Source: a bacterium
GTDB lineage: Bacteria; Margulisbacteria; Marinamargulisbacteria; GCA-2716485; JAYNIM01
Length of the DNA: 64,000 nucleotides
Direction: 5' to 3'
NCBI GenBank assembly: GCA_038109055.1
Contig: JAYNIM010000001.1
Coordinates: forward strand, 523,365 to 587,364
The notes under the pieces are model-generated. The model was not told where the DNA came from and did not search any database. It worked only from the letters and a program-made list of their open reading frames with translations. The position numbers and the translations under genes are program-made. Every line of letters starts with the position of its first letter. Position 1 is the first letter of the stretch. Positions 11,301 to 19,728 of this stretch are shown in pieces.

Positions 11301-12322
11301 AAAATAGTTCAGGAAAAAAGGAAATAGTTCTTAACTTTGATTCAGTGGACACACTTAATCAATGTGCTGCACTTTTATATCCATTGGGTGTTCAAAACCG
11401 ACATCTTGGTGTCAAACAGGCGATTCCTGGTACTACCAAACTTGTCCTTACTGACTATAACATTGTTGCTTTACAACCACATCTTGCTCAATTACGCGCG
11501 CAAGGTGCTCAAATTATTGCTGATGCAGTTCAAACATGGATTGATGATACGGCTGCTGCTTCTGCTGTGGCTGCTGGATCTCCAGTCCCATTGCCTGCTG
11601 TTCGAGGTATTGCTGCGTCTGGGTATTTACATCACCTTCAACAACAACATTTCAGACAGGATCCTCACATAGGGCTAGATATGCAACATGTTGCCCATGA
11701 TACTATTGCTTTTAATGAAGAAAACCATGCGACGGGTGTATTATCGAATACAGCACGTGCCCCTTTTAAGGCAAAGGTACCCTATCATGGACCCGAACAA
11801 GAAAAAGAGTTTCCATCAGCTGAACATTATTTTCATTATATGAAATTGGCTTATATTGAACAGAATTCTACCCATGGGCTATTACATGGTAACGACCCAC
11901 AAACTAAGGAATACTGGCTTAAACGCATGTTACCTCTACAAGGTTCACAGTTGCAAGATCAGTGTGATGACTGGGGATTCAATGACGCTTTTAAATCACC
12001 TGGCGTTCCCGAATGGCATGACGAGGGTAAAAAAAAAGTGATGTGGGATGCCTTATGCCTCAAATATCAGGCCCCTCATAACCAAGAGTTTAGAAAGATG
12101 ATCAATGAAATAGCTAGGTGCGATGTCAAGGTATGGGAATGGCGAAATCATGATCAAAAATGGGGGAGAACCGCAACGAATGGAGGGAGTAATTTAGCTG
12201 GATGTTTATTGACTGGTTTAGCGTGGAGTCTTAAATTACAGACTAATCGTAGCGATTATGATTCAAATCGCACATACGTGCTTCCTGATTACGATCCTAC
12301 ATTAGTACCTTCTGGTATTTAG
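8384..12322 (+). CDS. Effector-like protein: MORN repeats, unknown central domains, C-terminal NADAR domain shared with 4346..7468
   Basis: MORN-like NGSVYEGPLSNDLPHGEGKLIYP and AGNVFEGVFIDGK; last ~256 aa shared with the upstream paralogue. Confidence 0.75.
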   Translation: MGSRNVVMDSIERSIETTPPSPLSPLAKGEDLPSQATSSALSPSIKTDPTDMGEIFHENGSVYEGPLSNDLPHGEGKLIYPGVSTLEGVFSNGHLVNSYGKISYQEKGDYPGASYLGKVNNRCQPQGPGTMIFKEGLVLRGNFDKVHQCVVKYNGASGAYTGSIDKRGYPYNGSGMFMDNAGNVFEGVFIDGKYHKEDTLSRQEPHSPPATTRLAGVTYDSLSDISSTVALVQNIHHQVQTLIDFPDGAGYKDSAGVLQALLHDSNPFLNVLFSDHETVNHSFPIGTLRSYLLHPAPPKRALAIQNLSRLCINQFAHYERSDPSSPESAIRRYALMKISGLLFQMAMCCSTEDSIPDDFKKALLLDVQSLFFNHVATFADSGLASGSPIPDLIERHTGIPDIGLELQAVRMYMSDMSASSASSELAPSSEHYNVLPKEYGQYFCVETFPVEHPSDDLSDISLLSPYSASDLNFHLFPSDRSVPTVRIRGAYTHRLALYPRRYSALPAVRLDTASSVEDDTADLSAALPAQAPSSQSVMGPSLPNQTFGPHVPHVSSETRISLGSDPRNDPTIRANAVYAIYDTTAPPVDAASSPPDTADLFRPLAAATEKRSTFEETLHRFIASLPPKFQKQAADWYSRKSRFDSTTPHSDPLRLLENILTDMFNSSNIISDHGAGKFHRVFFDTKEHTWKMTIILPDGDHATSLLSECDQDLSQSHSEQAIFDAMVAGLGQDGDDPFADDPFANVSPDDLIKLLKSSFHCSYSGSLSDVDDPIYQEFKKFEPAYLTNPDPRVTNQNLTHFRRQICILLERKDPDRYTGLTSLFNDLGKYGGYTFDEHQFHNGKWKDSTYAEACGDFLTALSHREGSNTDLSRLSPEYIPAYHQLMQRFTPGDRKWILLQPTTITNLIEALNSGYDIDFLEGHLRQLLCDPATSAAAGSSGTTIAPADSQPAIPAIKPSSTLMACLPSRVTPQNSSGKKEIVLNFDSVDTLNQCAALLYPLGVQNRHLGVKQAIPGTTKLVLTDYNIVALQPHLAQLRAQGAQIIADAVQTWIDDTAAASAVAAGSPVPLPAVRGIAASGYLHHLQQQHFRQDPHIGLDMQHVAHDTIAFNEENHATGVLSNTARAPFKAKVPYHGPEQEKEFPSAEHYFHYMKLAYIEQNSTHGLLHGNDPQTKEYWLKRMLPLQGSQLQDQCDDWGFNDAFKSPGVPEWHDEGKKKVMWDALCLKYQAPHNQEFRKMINEIARCDVKVWEWRNHDQKWGRTATNGGSNLAGCLLTGLAWSLKLQTNRSDYDSNRTYVLPDYDPTLVPSGI
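10021..10200 (+). repeat. Mosaic segment: 5308..5353 joined directly to 6576..6702 of the upstream paralogue
   Basis: ttttggccctcacgt..gatttccttagGTTCTgaccctcgaaatgat..cccttagctgc; junction GTTCT at 10071-10075; includes a 9-bp tandem duplication ccctcacgt. Confidence 0.9.
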
Positions 12323-13137
12323 TGTTGGTTGTTTATGGTCTTTCCTAACATGGAGTTCGTCCTTTATACTTGAGAATCATGCGATATGTACCTGATTTTT
12401 GTTATGTTATTTTCCTGAGTTTTTGTATGAGTGTGCTGCCCTTGCTTGCATTGGTCAATACCGAGGCTTTACGTTCTTCTGATAGTGTTAAGGGGCTTCG
12501 GCATGATCTGTCTTATGAATTAGGCTGGCTGTCTGGGGATTCGGTCAAGCATAGTTTTAGTGGAGATTATCGCCTTGATTATCGACATGCAGGTAGCGAA
12601 TATTTGATGATTTTGTCTAGGGACTATGCCAAATCAAATGGGCTTGTGTCGCAAGATAAGGGCTTTGTCCACCTAAGACGGATTAAGGATCTTTCGTCTA
12701 CGCTTGCCTATGAAGGCTATATTCAAGATCAATTTGATCGTTTTATTAATCTGAAAGAACGCCTTTTATACGGCTTGGGGTTGCGTTTTTATTTGGGTAA
12801 AAGCACCTTTAAGACCTTTTATTTGGGCTGTAGCCTCATGAACGAACATGAGCGCTACAGTAACCAAGCTGATCACGAGCATCTACGCCTGAGTAACTAT
12901 GTCTCTTTTTCGTATCTACTAGGCAGTACCTTTAACTACCGCCATACCACCTACTATCAGGTGAGTACCACAGATTTTCAGAACTATCGGCTACTGTCCT
13001 TACAGGACCTTAACCTTGCATTCAGCCCTGTGATTTCGCTGTTTTTAAAACTTGAACTTCGCTATGATAATCAGCCTTTTGCTCGTATTGAACGTTTTAA
13101 CTCTGTGTTAAAGCAGGGGTTGCGTCTACGCTTTTAA
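11552..13137 (+). repeat. Copy 2 of the 1586-bp direct repeat
   Basis: Near-identical to 6698..8283. Confidence 0.95.
12370..13137 (+). CDS. DUF481/YdiY-like outer-membrane beta-barrel (protein identical to 7516..8283)
   Basis: Identical 255-aa translation. Confidence 0.7.
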   Translation: MRIMRYVPDFCYVIFLSFCMSVLPLLALVNTEALRSSDSVKGLRHDLSYELGWLSGDSVKHSFSGDYRLDYRHAGSEYLMILSRDYAKSNGLVSQDKGFVHLRRIKDLSSTLAYEGYIQDQFDRFINLKERLLYGLGLRFYLGKSTFKTFYLGCSLMNEHERYSNQADHEHLRLSNYVSFSYLLGSTFNYRHTTYYQVSTTDFQNYRLLSLQDLNLAFSPVISLFLKLELRYDNQPFARIERFNSVLKQGLRLRF

Positions 13138-14150
13138 CACATGTGTTTCAAAAGATCCTCACTGACCTTTGTTTTCCAATAATGAGATGCCGGACAAAGT
13201 TCGGATATGGGATCGAGTCGGGGGTGCATGGCCAGTGCCTGAGTATAAGAGCGTCCAATTTCACTTTCCAATAGACCTCCAATATGGCAAGGGATGCGAT
13301 GTTTATCACAATAATTGACACATTGTATGGCGGGCCAAAACCCCCCAAGCTTTGCAGGTTTAAGACTGACCCTTCTGCCGGACATCTCTCTTTTCATTCG
13401 TTGTATATCGTCCAAACATGTGATGCTTTCATCCAAACATAGGGGGATATTTAGGGTCTTTTGTAGCTGGCTAAGACCTGCCCAATCGTTTCGATTTAGA
13501 GGCTGTTCGATATAGCGATACCGCCCCTTTAAGGTCGTTAATTCTGATAATGCTTGATCGAGCGTAAATGATTCGTTGGCATCTAAGACAAACCTTATAT
13601 CTGGGTATCTATCTACAACTGTCTCTACCCATTTTAGGTAGTTTCCTGGTTTTATTTTTACTTTGAGATGACGATAGCCCTGTTTCTGTAGCTGTTGACA
13701 GCTGTGGCTGAGTGCTTCTAGTGACTCTTTTATGCCCATAGCTGGCAGCTTTTGAATCTGGCGTGTTTGGTTTATGCCTAATTGCTGCCATAATTCTTGT
13801 TGTTGTTTTTTTGCTTCCAGCTTCCATGCCCCCATCTCGATACAGGCTTTGCTGAGTGGCTGGCCTGATACTAACTCGTTCATCTTGTAAGATAGGTCTT
13901 GTATATCTGTGTAATCATACCCTTGAATGCAGGGGATAAGGCGTGATTCGAGTGTCTGTCTTGCATCTTGAATACTCTCTGGAAAATAACTACGGTCTGG
14001 CAAGGCCGCACATTCACTAAATACTGTGTCTGCTCCAGAACATATACGCAAAAATAAGCGTGATATTTTACTATAGTTAGAGTGAGAGGTAATGAATGGA
14101 TAGTGGGGCTCAAGATTAACACTGATAATCTCAATTGAGTCTATCTTCAT
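13134..14150 (-). CDS. menC: o-succinylbenzoate synthase / N-acylamino acid racemase (enolase superfamily)
   Basis: KVKIKPG, LDANE, YIEQP, LCLDES, SLKPAKLGG, GGLLES motifs. Confidence 0.8.
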   Translation of the reverse strand: MKIDSIEIISVNLEPHYPFITSHSNYSKISRLFLRICSGADTVFSECAALPDRSYFPESIQDARQTLESRLIPCIQGYDYTDIQDLSYKMNELVSGQPLSKACIEMGAWKLEAKKQQQELWQQLGINQTRQIQKLPAMGIKESLEALSHSCQQLQKQGYRHLKVKIKPGNYLKWVETVVDRYPDIRFVLDANESFTLDQALSELTTLKGRYRYIEQPLNRNDWAGLSQLQKTLNIPLCLDESITCLDDIQRMKREMSGRRVSLKPAKLGGFWPAIQCVNYCDKHRIPCHIGGLLESEIGRSYTQALAMHPRLDPISELCPASHYWKTKVSEDLLKHMC

Positions 14151-14189
14151 AGATGTAGGTGTTATCTTGGAGTTTCTTAGAAAGATTGC

Positions 14190-14351
14190 TTACTTTTTCT
14201 CTTTATATAAAACGTGTTTTCTTAGATGTGGATCGTATTTTTTAATTTCCATACGCTCAACTGTATTTCGTTTGTTTTTGTTGGTGTGATAACTATGTCC
14301 ACTTTCAGTACTATTTAAAATAATGTGTTTTCTATCGCCTTTTTTTGCCAT
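14190..14351 (-). CDS. rpmG: 50S ribosomal protein L33 (Cys-free form), 53 aa
   Basis: Manual translation [53 protein letters not shown]; directly downstream of rpmB; below the ORF-track size cutoff. Confidence 0.95.
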   Translation of the reverse strand: MAKKGDRKHIILNSTESGHSYHTNKNKRNTVERMEIKKYDPHLRKHVLYKEKK

Positions 14352-14354
14352 GAT

Positions 14355-14744
14355 TTAGCCCTTTTCTTTCTCTTTTTTTTGTTCCGTTTTTTTAGCTGTC
14401 GTTTTCTTTTTAGTCTTGGATTCTGTCTTTTTCGTGACCTTCGTTGTTGAACTATCCTGGTCTTTTTTTGCTGCTTGCTCTGCTGTTTGATTGCTTGATT
14501 TTTTCTTTTTACGTGTAAGTTTTAATAGACCTGCTTCTCTTAAAACAGATTCGATGCCGTTTTTGGCAATGGTTCTTAAAGCTGAGGTGCTGACTTTTAA
14601 ACGTACCCAGCGTTTTTGTTCGGGTAACCAAAAGCGTTTCCACTGTATATTTACCTGCTGTTCGCGTTTTGTCTTACGGTTTGAATGGCTGACGTTATTT
14701 CCTACCAATCGTTTCTTTTTTGTTATCTGACACTGTCTAGACAT
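14355..14744 (-). CDS. rpmB: 50S ribosomal protein L28 with a Lys/Thr-rich C-terminal extension
   Basis: MSRQCQIT...GNNVSHSNRKTKR...VRLKVSTSALRTIAK; rpmB-rpmG order. Confidence 0.95.
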   Translation of the reverse strand: MSRQCQITKKKRLVGNNVSHSNRKTKREQQVNIQWKRFWLPEQKRWVRLKVSTSALRTIAKNGIESVLREAGLLKLTRKKKKSSNQTAEQAAKKDQDSSTTKVTKKTESKTKKKTTAKKTEQKKEKEKG

Positions 14745-14778
14745 GTGACTTATCTCCTTCGTACATTAGTCTTCTAGT

Positions 14779-16176
14779 TTATTCAACTTCAAGCTGTTTT
14801 GCAACACTTAAACCTGATTTTTTCAATTGATCTTTTATTTTACTATAGTCGCTTACCAATACAATCTGCCATTCCTTGTCTTTAAAATAGCGTTTTATAA
14901 AGGTATTTACTTCTTTTAACGTTACCTTTTCTAGATTTAAGAGTTCTTGTCTAATCTCCTGATCACTCAAGCCCTGTTGCCATGCGTTTAACATATGACT
15001 GGCTTTTTGTAAGGGGGTTTCGTAACGAATAGGTAAATTTCCGCGGTAATAGGATTTGGCTGCGTCTAACTCTTCCTTGGTCATTCCCTCGTTGATCAAT
15101 TGATCACAGGTTTGTTTTATCGCGTCAATGGTCACGGCCACTTCCTCGTTTCGGGTAAAAGTTTTGATCGTAAATAACCCATAATCAGGTTCTAACTGCA
15201 TACTTGAATAAATCGAATAGGTTAAGCCTTTTTTAACCCTAACTTCGTTCATCAAACGTGAAGAAAATGATGAGGCGCCTAAGATATAGTTCATCATGCG
15301 ATAGGCGACAAATTCTGGATCTGTTTGTTTAAGTCCAGGCAATGATAGAGCAATGGTGGTTTGACTTAAACCTTCTTTGTTTACTACCCAAAGTTGTTGT
15401 TTTGTGGCGCTTTGTGGTTGTTCTGTTTGTTTATTCATCGTCTTGGCCGCCCAGGATGAAAATCTTTTTGTTAATTTCTTCTTTAGTTCCTTGCTATTAA
15501 TATCTCCAATACATACCAAGACAGTGCCCACTGGCGAGGCATGATTATAATAAAAGTCATTGATATTACTTTGATTAATCTTTGAAATACTTTGGATGGT
15601 TGCTTCTCGGCCACTGCGCTGTTTGGGCCCAAAAACAAGTTCATCTAAATAGCGTGTAGCAAGATAGTCTGGGTCTGTTTTTTGTTTTTTGATTGCAAAG
15701 ACACTTTGCTTTTTTTTACGCTCCAAGTCTTTGGCTGGAAAGGTAGGAAATTGGCTAAGTTCTTGGATAAGACTGATGGCCAAATCGATATCTTTCTTTA
15801 ACACTTGGCAGTGTATTTCTAGTCCATACAAACTTGGCAGTACTGTTAAACGCCCTCCTACCTGATTGATTTTCCGGGTAATGTCTTCCCCACTAAATGA
15901 TCGGGTACCCTGCTCTAGCATCTGAGAAATTAATGTGAGCATGCCTTCTTTTCCCAATGGATCGTAAAGCGTCCCTATAGGCATCATTAACTGAAAAAAA
16001 ACAACCGGTTGTTCCTTGTCTTCTGATAACCATAGGCTCATGCCATTTTCTAATATTGTTTTTTCAAAAACTGGTAATTTTAATGGATTCATTTTTTTTT
16101 CTGTACTTAGGGCTAAAACATGCACGTTTAGGCTTAGTAAAAGACCGACTAGGGCTATCCTCAGGTAGCTAGCCAT
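14779..16176 (-). CDS. M16 family peptidase, non-catalytic subunit
   Basis: M16 fold, lacks HxxEH, has SRLMNEVRVKKGLTYS motif; signal peptide. Confidence 0.85.
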   Translation of the reverse strand: MASYLRIALVGLLLSLNVHVLALSTEKKMNPLKLPVFEKTILENGMSLWLSEDKEQPVVFFQLMMPIGTLYDPLGKEGMLTLISQMLEQGTRSFSGEDITRKINQVGGRLTVLPSLYGLEIHCQVLKKDIDLAISLIQELSQFPTFPAKDLERKKKQSVFAIKKQKTDPDYLATRYLDELVFGPKQRSGREATIQSISKINQSNINDFYYNHASPVGTVLVCIGDINSKELKKKLTKRFSSWAAKTMNKQTEQPQSATKQQLWVVNKEGLSQTTIALSLPGLKQTDPEFVAYRMMNYILGASSFSSRLMNEVRVKKGLTYSIYSSMQLEPDYGLFTIKTFTRNEEVAVTIDAIKQTCDQLINEGMTKEELDAAKSYYRGNLPIRYETPLQKASHMLNAWQQGLSDQEIRQELLNLEKVTLKEVNTFIKRYFKDKEWQIVLVSDYSKIKDQLKKSGLSVAKQLEVE

Positions 16177-17554
16177 TTGTCTCTTTTATGTCCTCCTTTT
16201 TTGGATAAAAAAGTAATTCTGTTGCATTACCGGGCCGTAAATATTTTCTGGCGACACGTATAATATCATCATGAGAGACATTTTTTACCTCTTCAATATA
16301 GTGTTCATAACTCTGATAACCGTTCTCGATCAAGGCGGCATGTAGTAATTGTGACGCAATTTTTTCTGCGGTATAACTGTCAAAATAACGACGTGCTAAT
16401 GCTTGATTCTTGGCTTTTTGTAGTTCTTGATCCGTCGCGCCTTTTTGTTGAATATCTTGAATCTCTTTAAAAATAATGTCTCTAATTTTTGATTCTGCCT
16501 CGGGTTGATGATATGCCATGAAAGACAAGGTGCCTGTCCCTAGAGAAAAGTCTGGATAACTGACAAAATTAAAGGCAAGCTCATTTTCTTTGACAATTTT
16601 ACGATGAAAACGTGCTCCCTTATCATAGTCTAAAATTGAATAGAGTAATTTTAGTGGAATCGCATCCGGGTGTCTTGCTTCTGGGGTATAAAACGTCCAA
16701 ATAGTCACAGGAGTAGGCAAGCTACTTTGATCTTTAAACGTCGTTAATTCTTGGGTTTGTCTTGGGGCTAAGTCCAAATTAATATCCGGCATTTTTGGCC
16801 TAGAAGGTATTGCTGTAAAATATTTTTTGGCTAACTGTTTAACAGTGTCTGGAGAAACGTCTCCCACAACAACTAATACCGCCTTATTAGGGGCATAGTG
16901 TTTTTTATAAAAAGCCTCACATTGTGCCACTGTAAAATGATTAATATCCTCTAATTTTCCGATAGGTCCATACATGAAAGGATGATTTGGATAAAGTTTT
17001 TGTTGTGCTTTGTAATACATTTCTCCATCTGGGTTGTTTTGCACACGCCAATGATATTCTTCTTTGACAACTTCGCGCTCTTTATCCAAACGTTGCTGAT
17101 CAATTTGTAAATATTGCATACGATCAGCTTCTAATCGAAAAACAAGCTCTATTTCAGATGCAGGGATTGTTTGAACATAGACGGTTCTGTCATCCGCTGT
17201 ATACGCATTACTATATCCGCCCACTGCTTGGATTAACTGACTATGTTCTTCATCCCCCACATTTTTGGATCCGCGAAACATCATATGTTCAAATAAATGA
17301 GCCATCCCTTTCTCACCCTTTTGTTCTACATAAGATCCCACACGATAACCGAGATAAACAGCGGCTTTTGCGGTGCTATGTTTTTCGTAGACAATACACT
17401 CCAAACCATTTTTCAATTTAAACGTAGAGATGGGACTTTGCTTGTGTTTTGTTTGAATCTTGTCTGTTATTTTTGCCATTGTAGATGTTGCATAAATGAT
17501 TGATAGTAGATAAAAACTTAGTGTTGTTAATTTAAAAAATTTTATTTTTTCCAT
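16169..17554 (-). CDS. M16 family zinc peptidase, catalytic subunit
   Basis: GMAHLFEHMMFRGS (HxxEH), NAYT, EREVVKEE; signal peptide. Confidence 0.9.
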   Translation of the reverse strand: MEKIKFFKLTTLSFYLLSIIYATSTMAKITDKIQTKHKQSPISTFKLKNGLECIVYEKHSTAKAAVYLGYRVGSYVEQKGEKGMAHLFEHMMFRGSKNVGDEEHSQLIQAVGGYSNAYTADDRTVYVQTIPASEIELVFRLEADRMQYLQIDQQRLDKEREVVKEEYHWRVQNNPDGEMYYKAQQKLYPNHPFMYGPIGKLEDINHFTVAQCEAFYKKHYAPNKAVLVVVGDVSPDTVKQLAKKYFTAIPSRPKMPDINLDLAPRQTQELTTFKDQSSLPTPVTIWTFYTPEARHPDAIPLKLLYSILDYDKGARFHRKIVKENELAFNFVSYPDFSLGTGTLSFMAYHQPEAESKIRDIIFKEIQDIQQKGATDQELQKAKNQALARRYFDSYTAEKIASQLLHAALIENGYQSYEHYIEEVKNVSHDDIIRVARKYLRPGNATELLFYPKKEDIKETNG

Positions 17555-17579
17555 TATTAGCTGTTAAACTTATGATGAT

Positions 17580-19031
17580 ATGGCTTTAAAATCAATGGTT
17601 CTTATCATAGCACTAAAAGATACATGTACAGAAGTCCAACTTTTAAATTCGCAAGCCAAGGTCTGTGCGTCTGCTACACAAGAGTATTCTAGTCATGATC
17701 AACACGCCGATATGATCTCCTATGATCCGATTGAACTCTTATTTCATGTTCGTTCTGCCATCCAACAGGTGCTTCAACAGGCCAAACAGTGCCATATTGC
17801 CCATATTCTTATTTGCAATCACAGTCAAACAGCCATGTATTGGGATGCTGATAGTGGAAAACCCCTGTCTCCTGTTATTGGTAGTACATGTTTGAGAGGT
17901 ATCAGTAGTTGTCGTTTTTTTCAAAACAATCATTTAGCTGATGATATTTATCATAAAACTGGACTCCCTCTATCTCCTAGTTACCTAGGCATCAAATGTC
18001 ACTGGCTAAACGAGAATTTCTCTGATGCCTTTTTCTCTAAAAAAATCATGTTTGGAGGATTTGAAACCTGGCTCCTGTATCAATTAAGCGGTAAAAAAGC
18101 GTATTGTATGTCTCTGTGTCAAGCAAGTCAAAGTATGCTTTTTAATATTTCTAGTTGTGATTGGGATCCTTTATTATGTTCAGACTGCCTTCCTCAAAAC
18201 CACCTTTTACCCAAGGTCATTTCTGATCCAAGCTCTATTTTTGCTAAAACGCTGCACTTTATGCCGTTGCTTGATGATATCCCTATTACTATCATCTGTC
18301 ATGAAAACAAATCGAAATATTGGGCCTGTCAGCACTTTAACTTCTCAGACTTAGTGATTGATTTTTCTGCTGAACGCTTTTCCTTGCTTTCTCATTCTGG
18401 CCACCATTTTAACAAAACAAATACCCGATTACCCCAACACTTGATTCATCGTGCAGATGACTCACTTTATTTGTTTAAGAAAACCGTGGAACTTGCACCT
18501 TGGCCCCAACAGCTTTTCCCTCAACTTTCTACCAAATTATTATCTGATACCCCTATTTCACTTGAACATATTCAACATCCTCAGGTGATTATTCATTCTA
18601 CTAGTTTACCAAGGCCTTCTTTTGGTCGACCTAAACAGACCTTGGGTATCCTAGGACTTGATGCTACTTCCTCTATCGATGATTTAACCTGGGCGTTTAT
18701 TGCACATCGCGCCTTTGTTTTATTTGAAGCCATAGAATCACTGTCTACTGTTCTATCTAAGTCGCCTCAACATCTTTTCTTTGCCAGTCACTGTCTGAGT
18801 TCTGAATCGTATATACTATGTGAGTTGCTCCAACGGCCACTTAGCTGTTTTTATGGCCCTTCTTGGGACCTTTATGGATGCCTGTTATTATTTCAGAAGC
18901 AGACCTCTTTTTTTTCTGAACTTTCTTTAAAAAAATGGCTCAAATCAAAAACCTTATTACCTAATTTGGATCCTATTACTGTGTATGGGTTAAAACAAAG
19001 CTGGACCCAGGCGTCTTCTAACACAAAATAG
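17580..19031 (+). CDS. Divergent FGGY-family (glycerol kinase-like) protein
   Basis: YDPIELL, WDADSGKPL, KTGLPLSPSY..KCHWL, FGGFETWLLYQLSG, ASQSMLFNI..WD resemble GlpK; ATP-binding motifs degenerate. Confidence 0.65.
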   Translation: MALKSMVLIIALKDTCTEVQLLNSQAKVCASATQEYSSHDQHADMISYDPIELLFHVRSAIQQVLQQAKQCHIAHILICNHSQTAMYWDADSGKPLSPVIGSTCLRGISSCRFFQNNHLADDIYHKTGLPLSPSYLGIKCHWLNENFSDAFFSKKIMFGGFETWLLYQLSGKKAYCMSLCQASQSMLFNISSCDWDPLLCSDCLPQNHLLPKVISDPSSIFAKTLHFMPLLDDIPITIICHENKSKYWACQHFNFSDLVIDFSAERFSLLSHSGHHFNKTNTRLPQHLIHRADDSLYLFKKTVELAPWPQQLFPQLSTKLLSDTPISLEHIQHPQVIIHSTSLPRPSFGRPKQTLGILGLDATSSIDDLTWAFIAHRAFVLFEAIESLSTVLSKSPQHLFFASHCLSSESYILCELLQRPLSCFYGPSWDLYGCLLLFQKQTSFFSELSLKKWLKSKTLLPNLDPITVYGLKQSWTQASSNTK

Positions 19032-19089
19032 ATAACCTGTATTATATGTTTACGAAAACTTAAACTGGGGCATATAATACATACAACCT

Positions 19090-19728
19090 ATGATTTTATG
19101 TATCAATACTGCTTGTTTTCCATTTGGCATTGCCCTTTTTGATAAAGGTCAATTATCTGCGAGTCGCTACCCTATTGATGGACAGTCTTTATCAGAGAAT
19201 TTAATTTCTCAGTTACATGACCTGACGCGTCCCTTTGGAGGTCTACGTCAGTTGTCTGGTATCGCGTGTCTAAAAGGTCCCGGACGTTACATTAGTTTGC
19301 GTATTGGTTCGACGACTGTTCGTACAATTGCGCAAATATTTGACATCCCTATTCGAGGGTTTTGTTCGTTGACCTGTATGGCCATGCCTTACCGTTTTCA
19401 TGCAGGCCTTTATATGTCGATTCTTCCCTCCTATGCGTCGCATTATCATGTTCGTCTTTTTGGCTCAGATGGCATGACATTACAGCCTAAAACCTCTCTT
19501 ATGCATCTTGATCACGACCGTTTATGTCAGCATTTATCTGCCTATAAAAAAGAGGTCTCTGTTATTTGTAACTCTGATTGTTCCTTTTCTAAACAGTTTG
19601 ATCATCAGCCTTGGATTCGTTTTTTGACCTGTGATTCTCATTTGCAAAATTTACTCGCTTGTTATCTTGATATCCCCAGCCATCACACGTCTTGGAGGGA
19701 ACTTGACCTTGTTTATCAAGAACATTAG
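19090..19728 (+). CDS. tsaB: tRNA threonylcarbamoyladenosine biosynthesis protein TsaB
   Basis: MILCINTA, SENLIS, KGPGRYISLRIG (GPGSYTGLRIG-like). Confidence 0.75.
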   Translation: MILCINTACFPFGIALFDKGQLSASRYPIDGQSLSENLISQLHDLTRPFGGLRQLSGIACLKGPGRYISLRIGSTTVRTIAQIFDIPIRGFCSLTCMAMPYRFHAGLYMSILPSYASHYHVRLFGSDGMTLQPKTSLMHLDHDRLCQHLSAYKKEVSVICNSDCSFSKQFDHQPWIRFLTCDSHLQNLLACYLDIPSHHTSWRELDLVYQEH

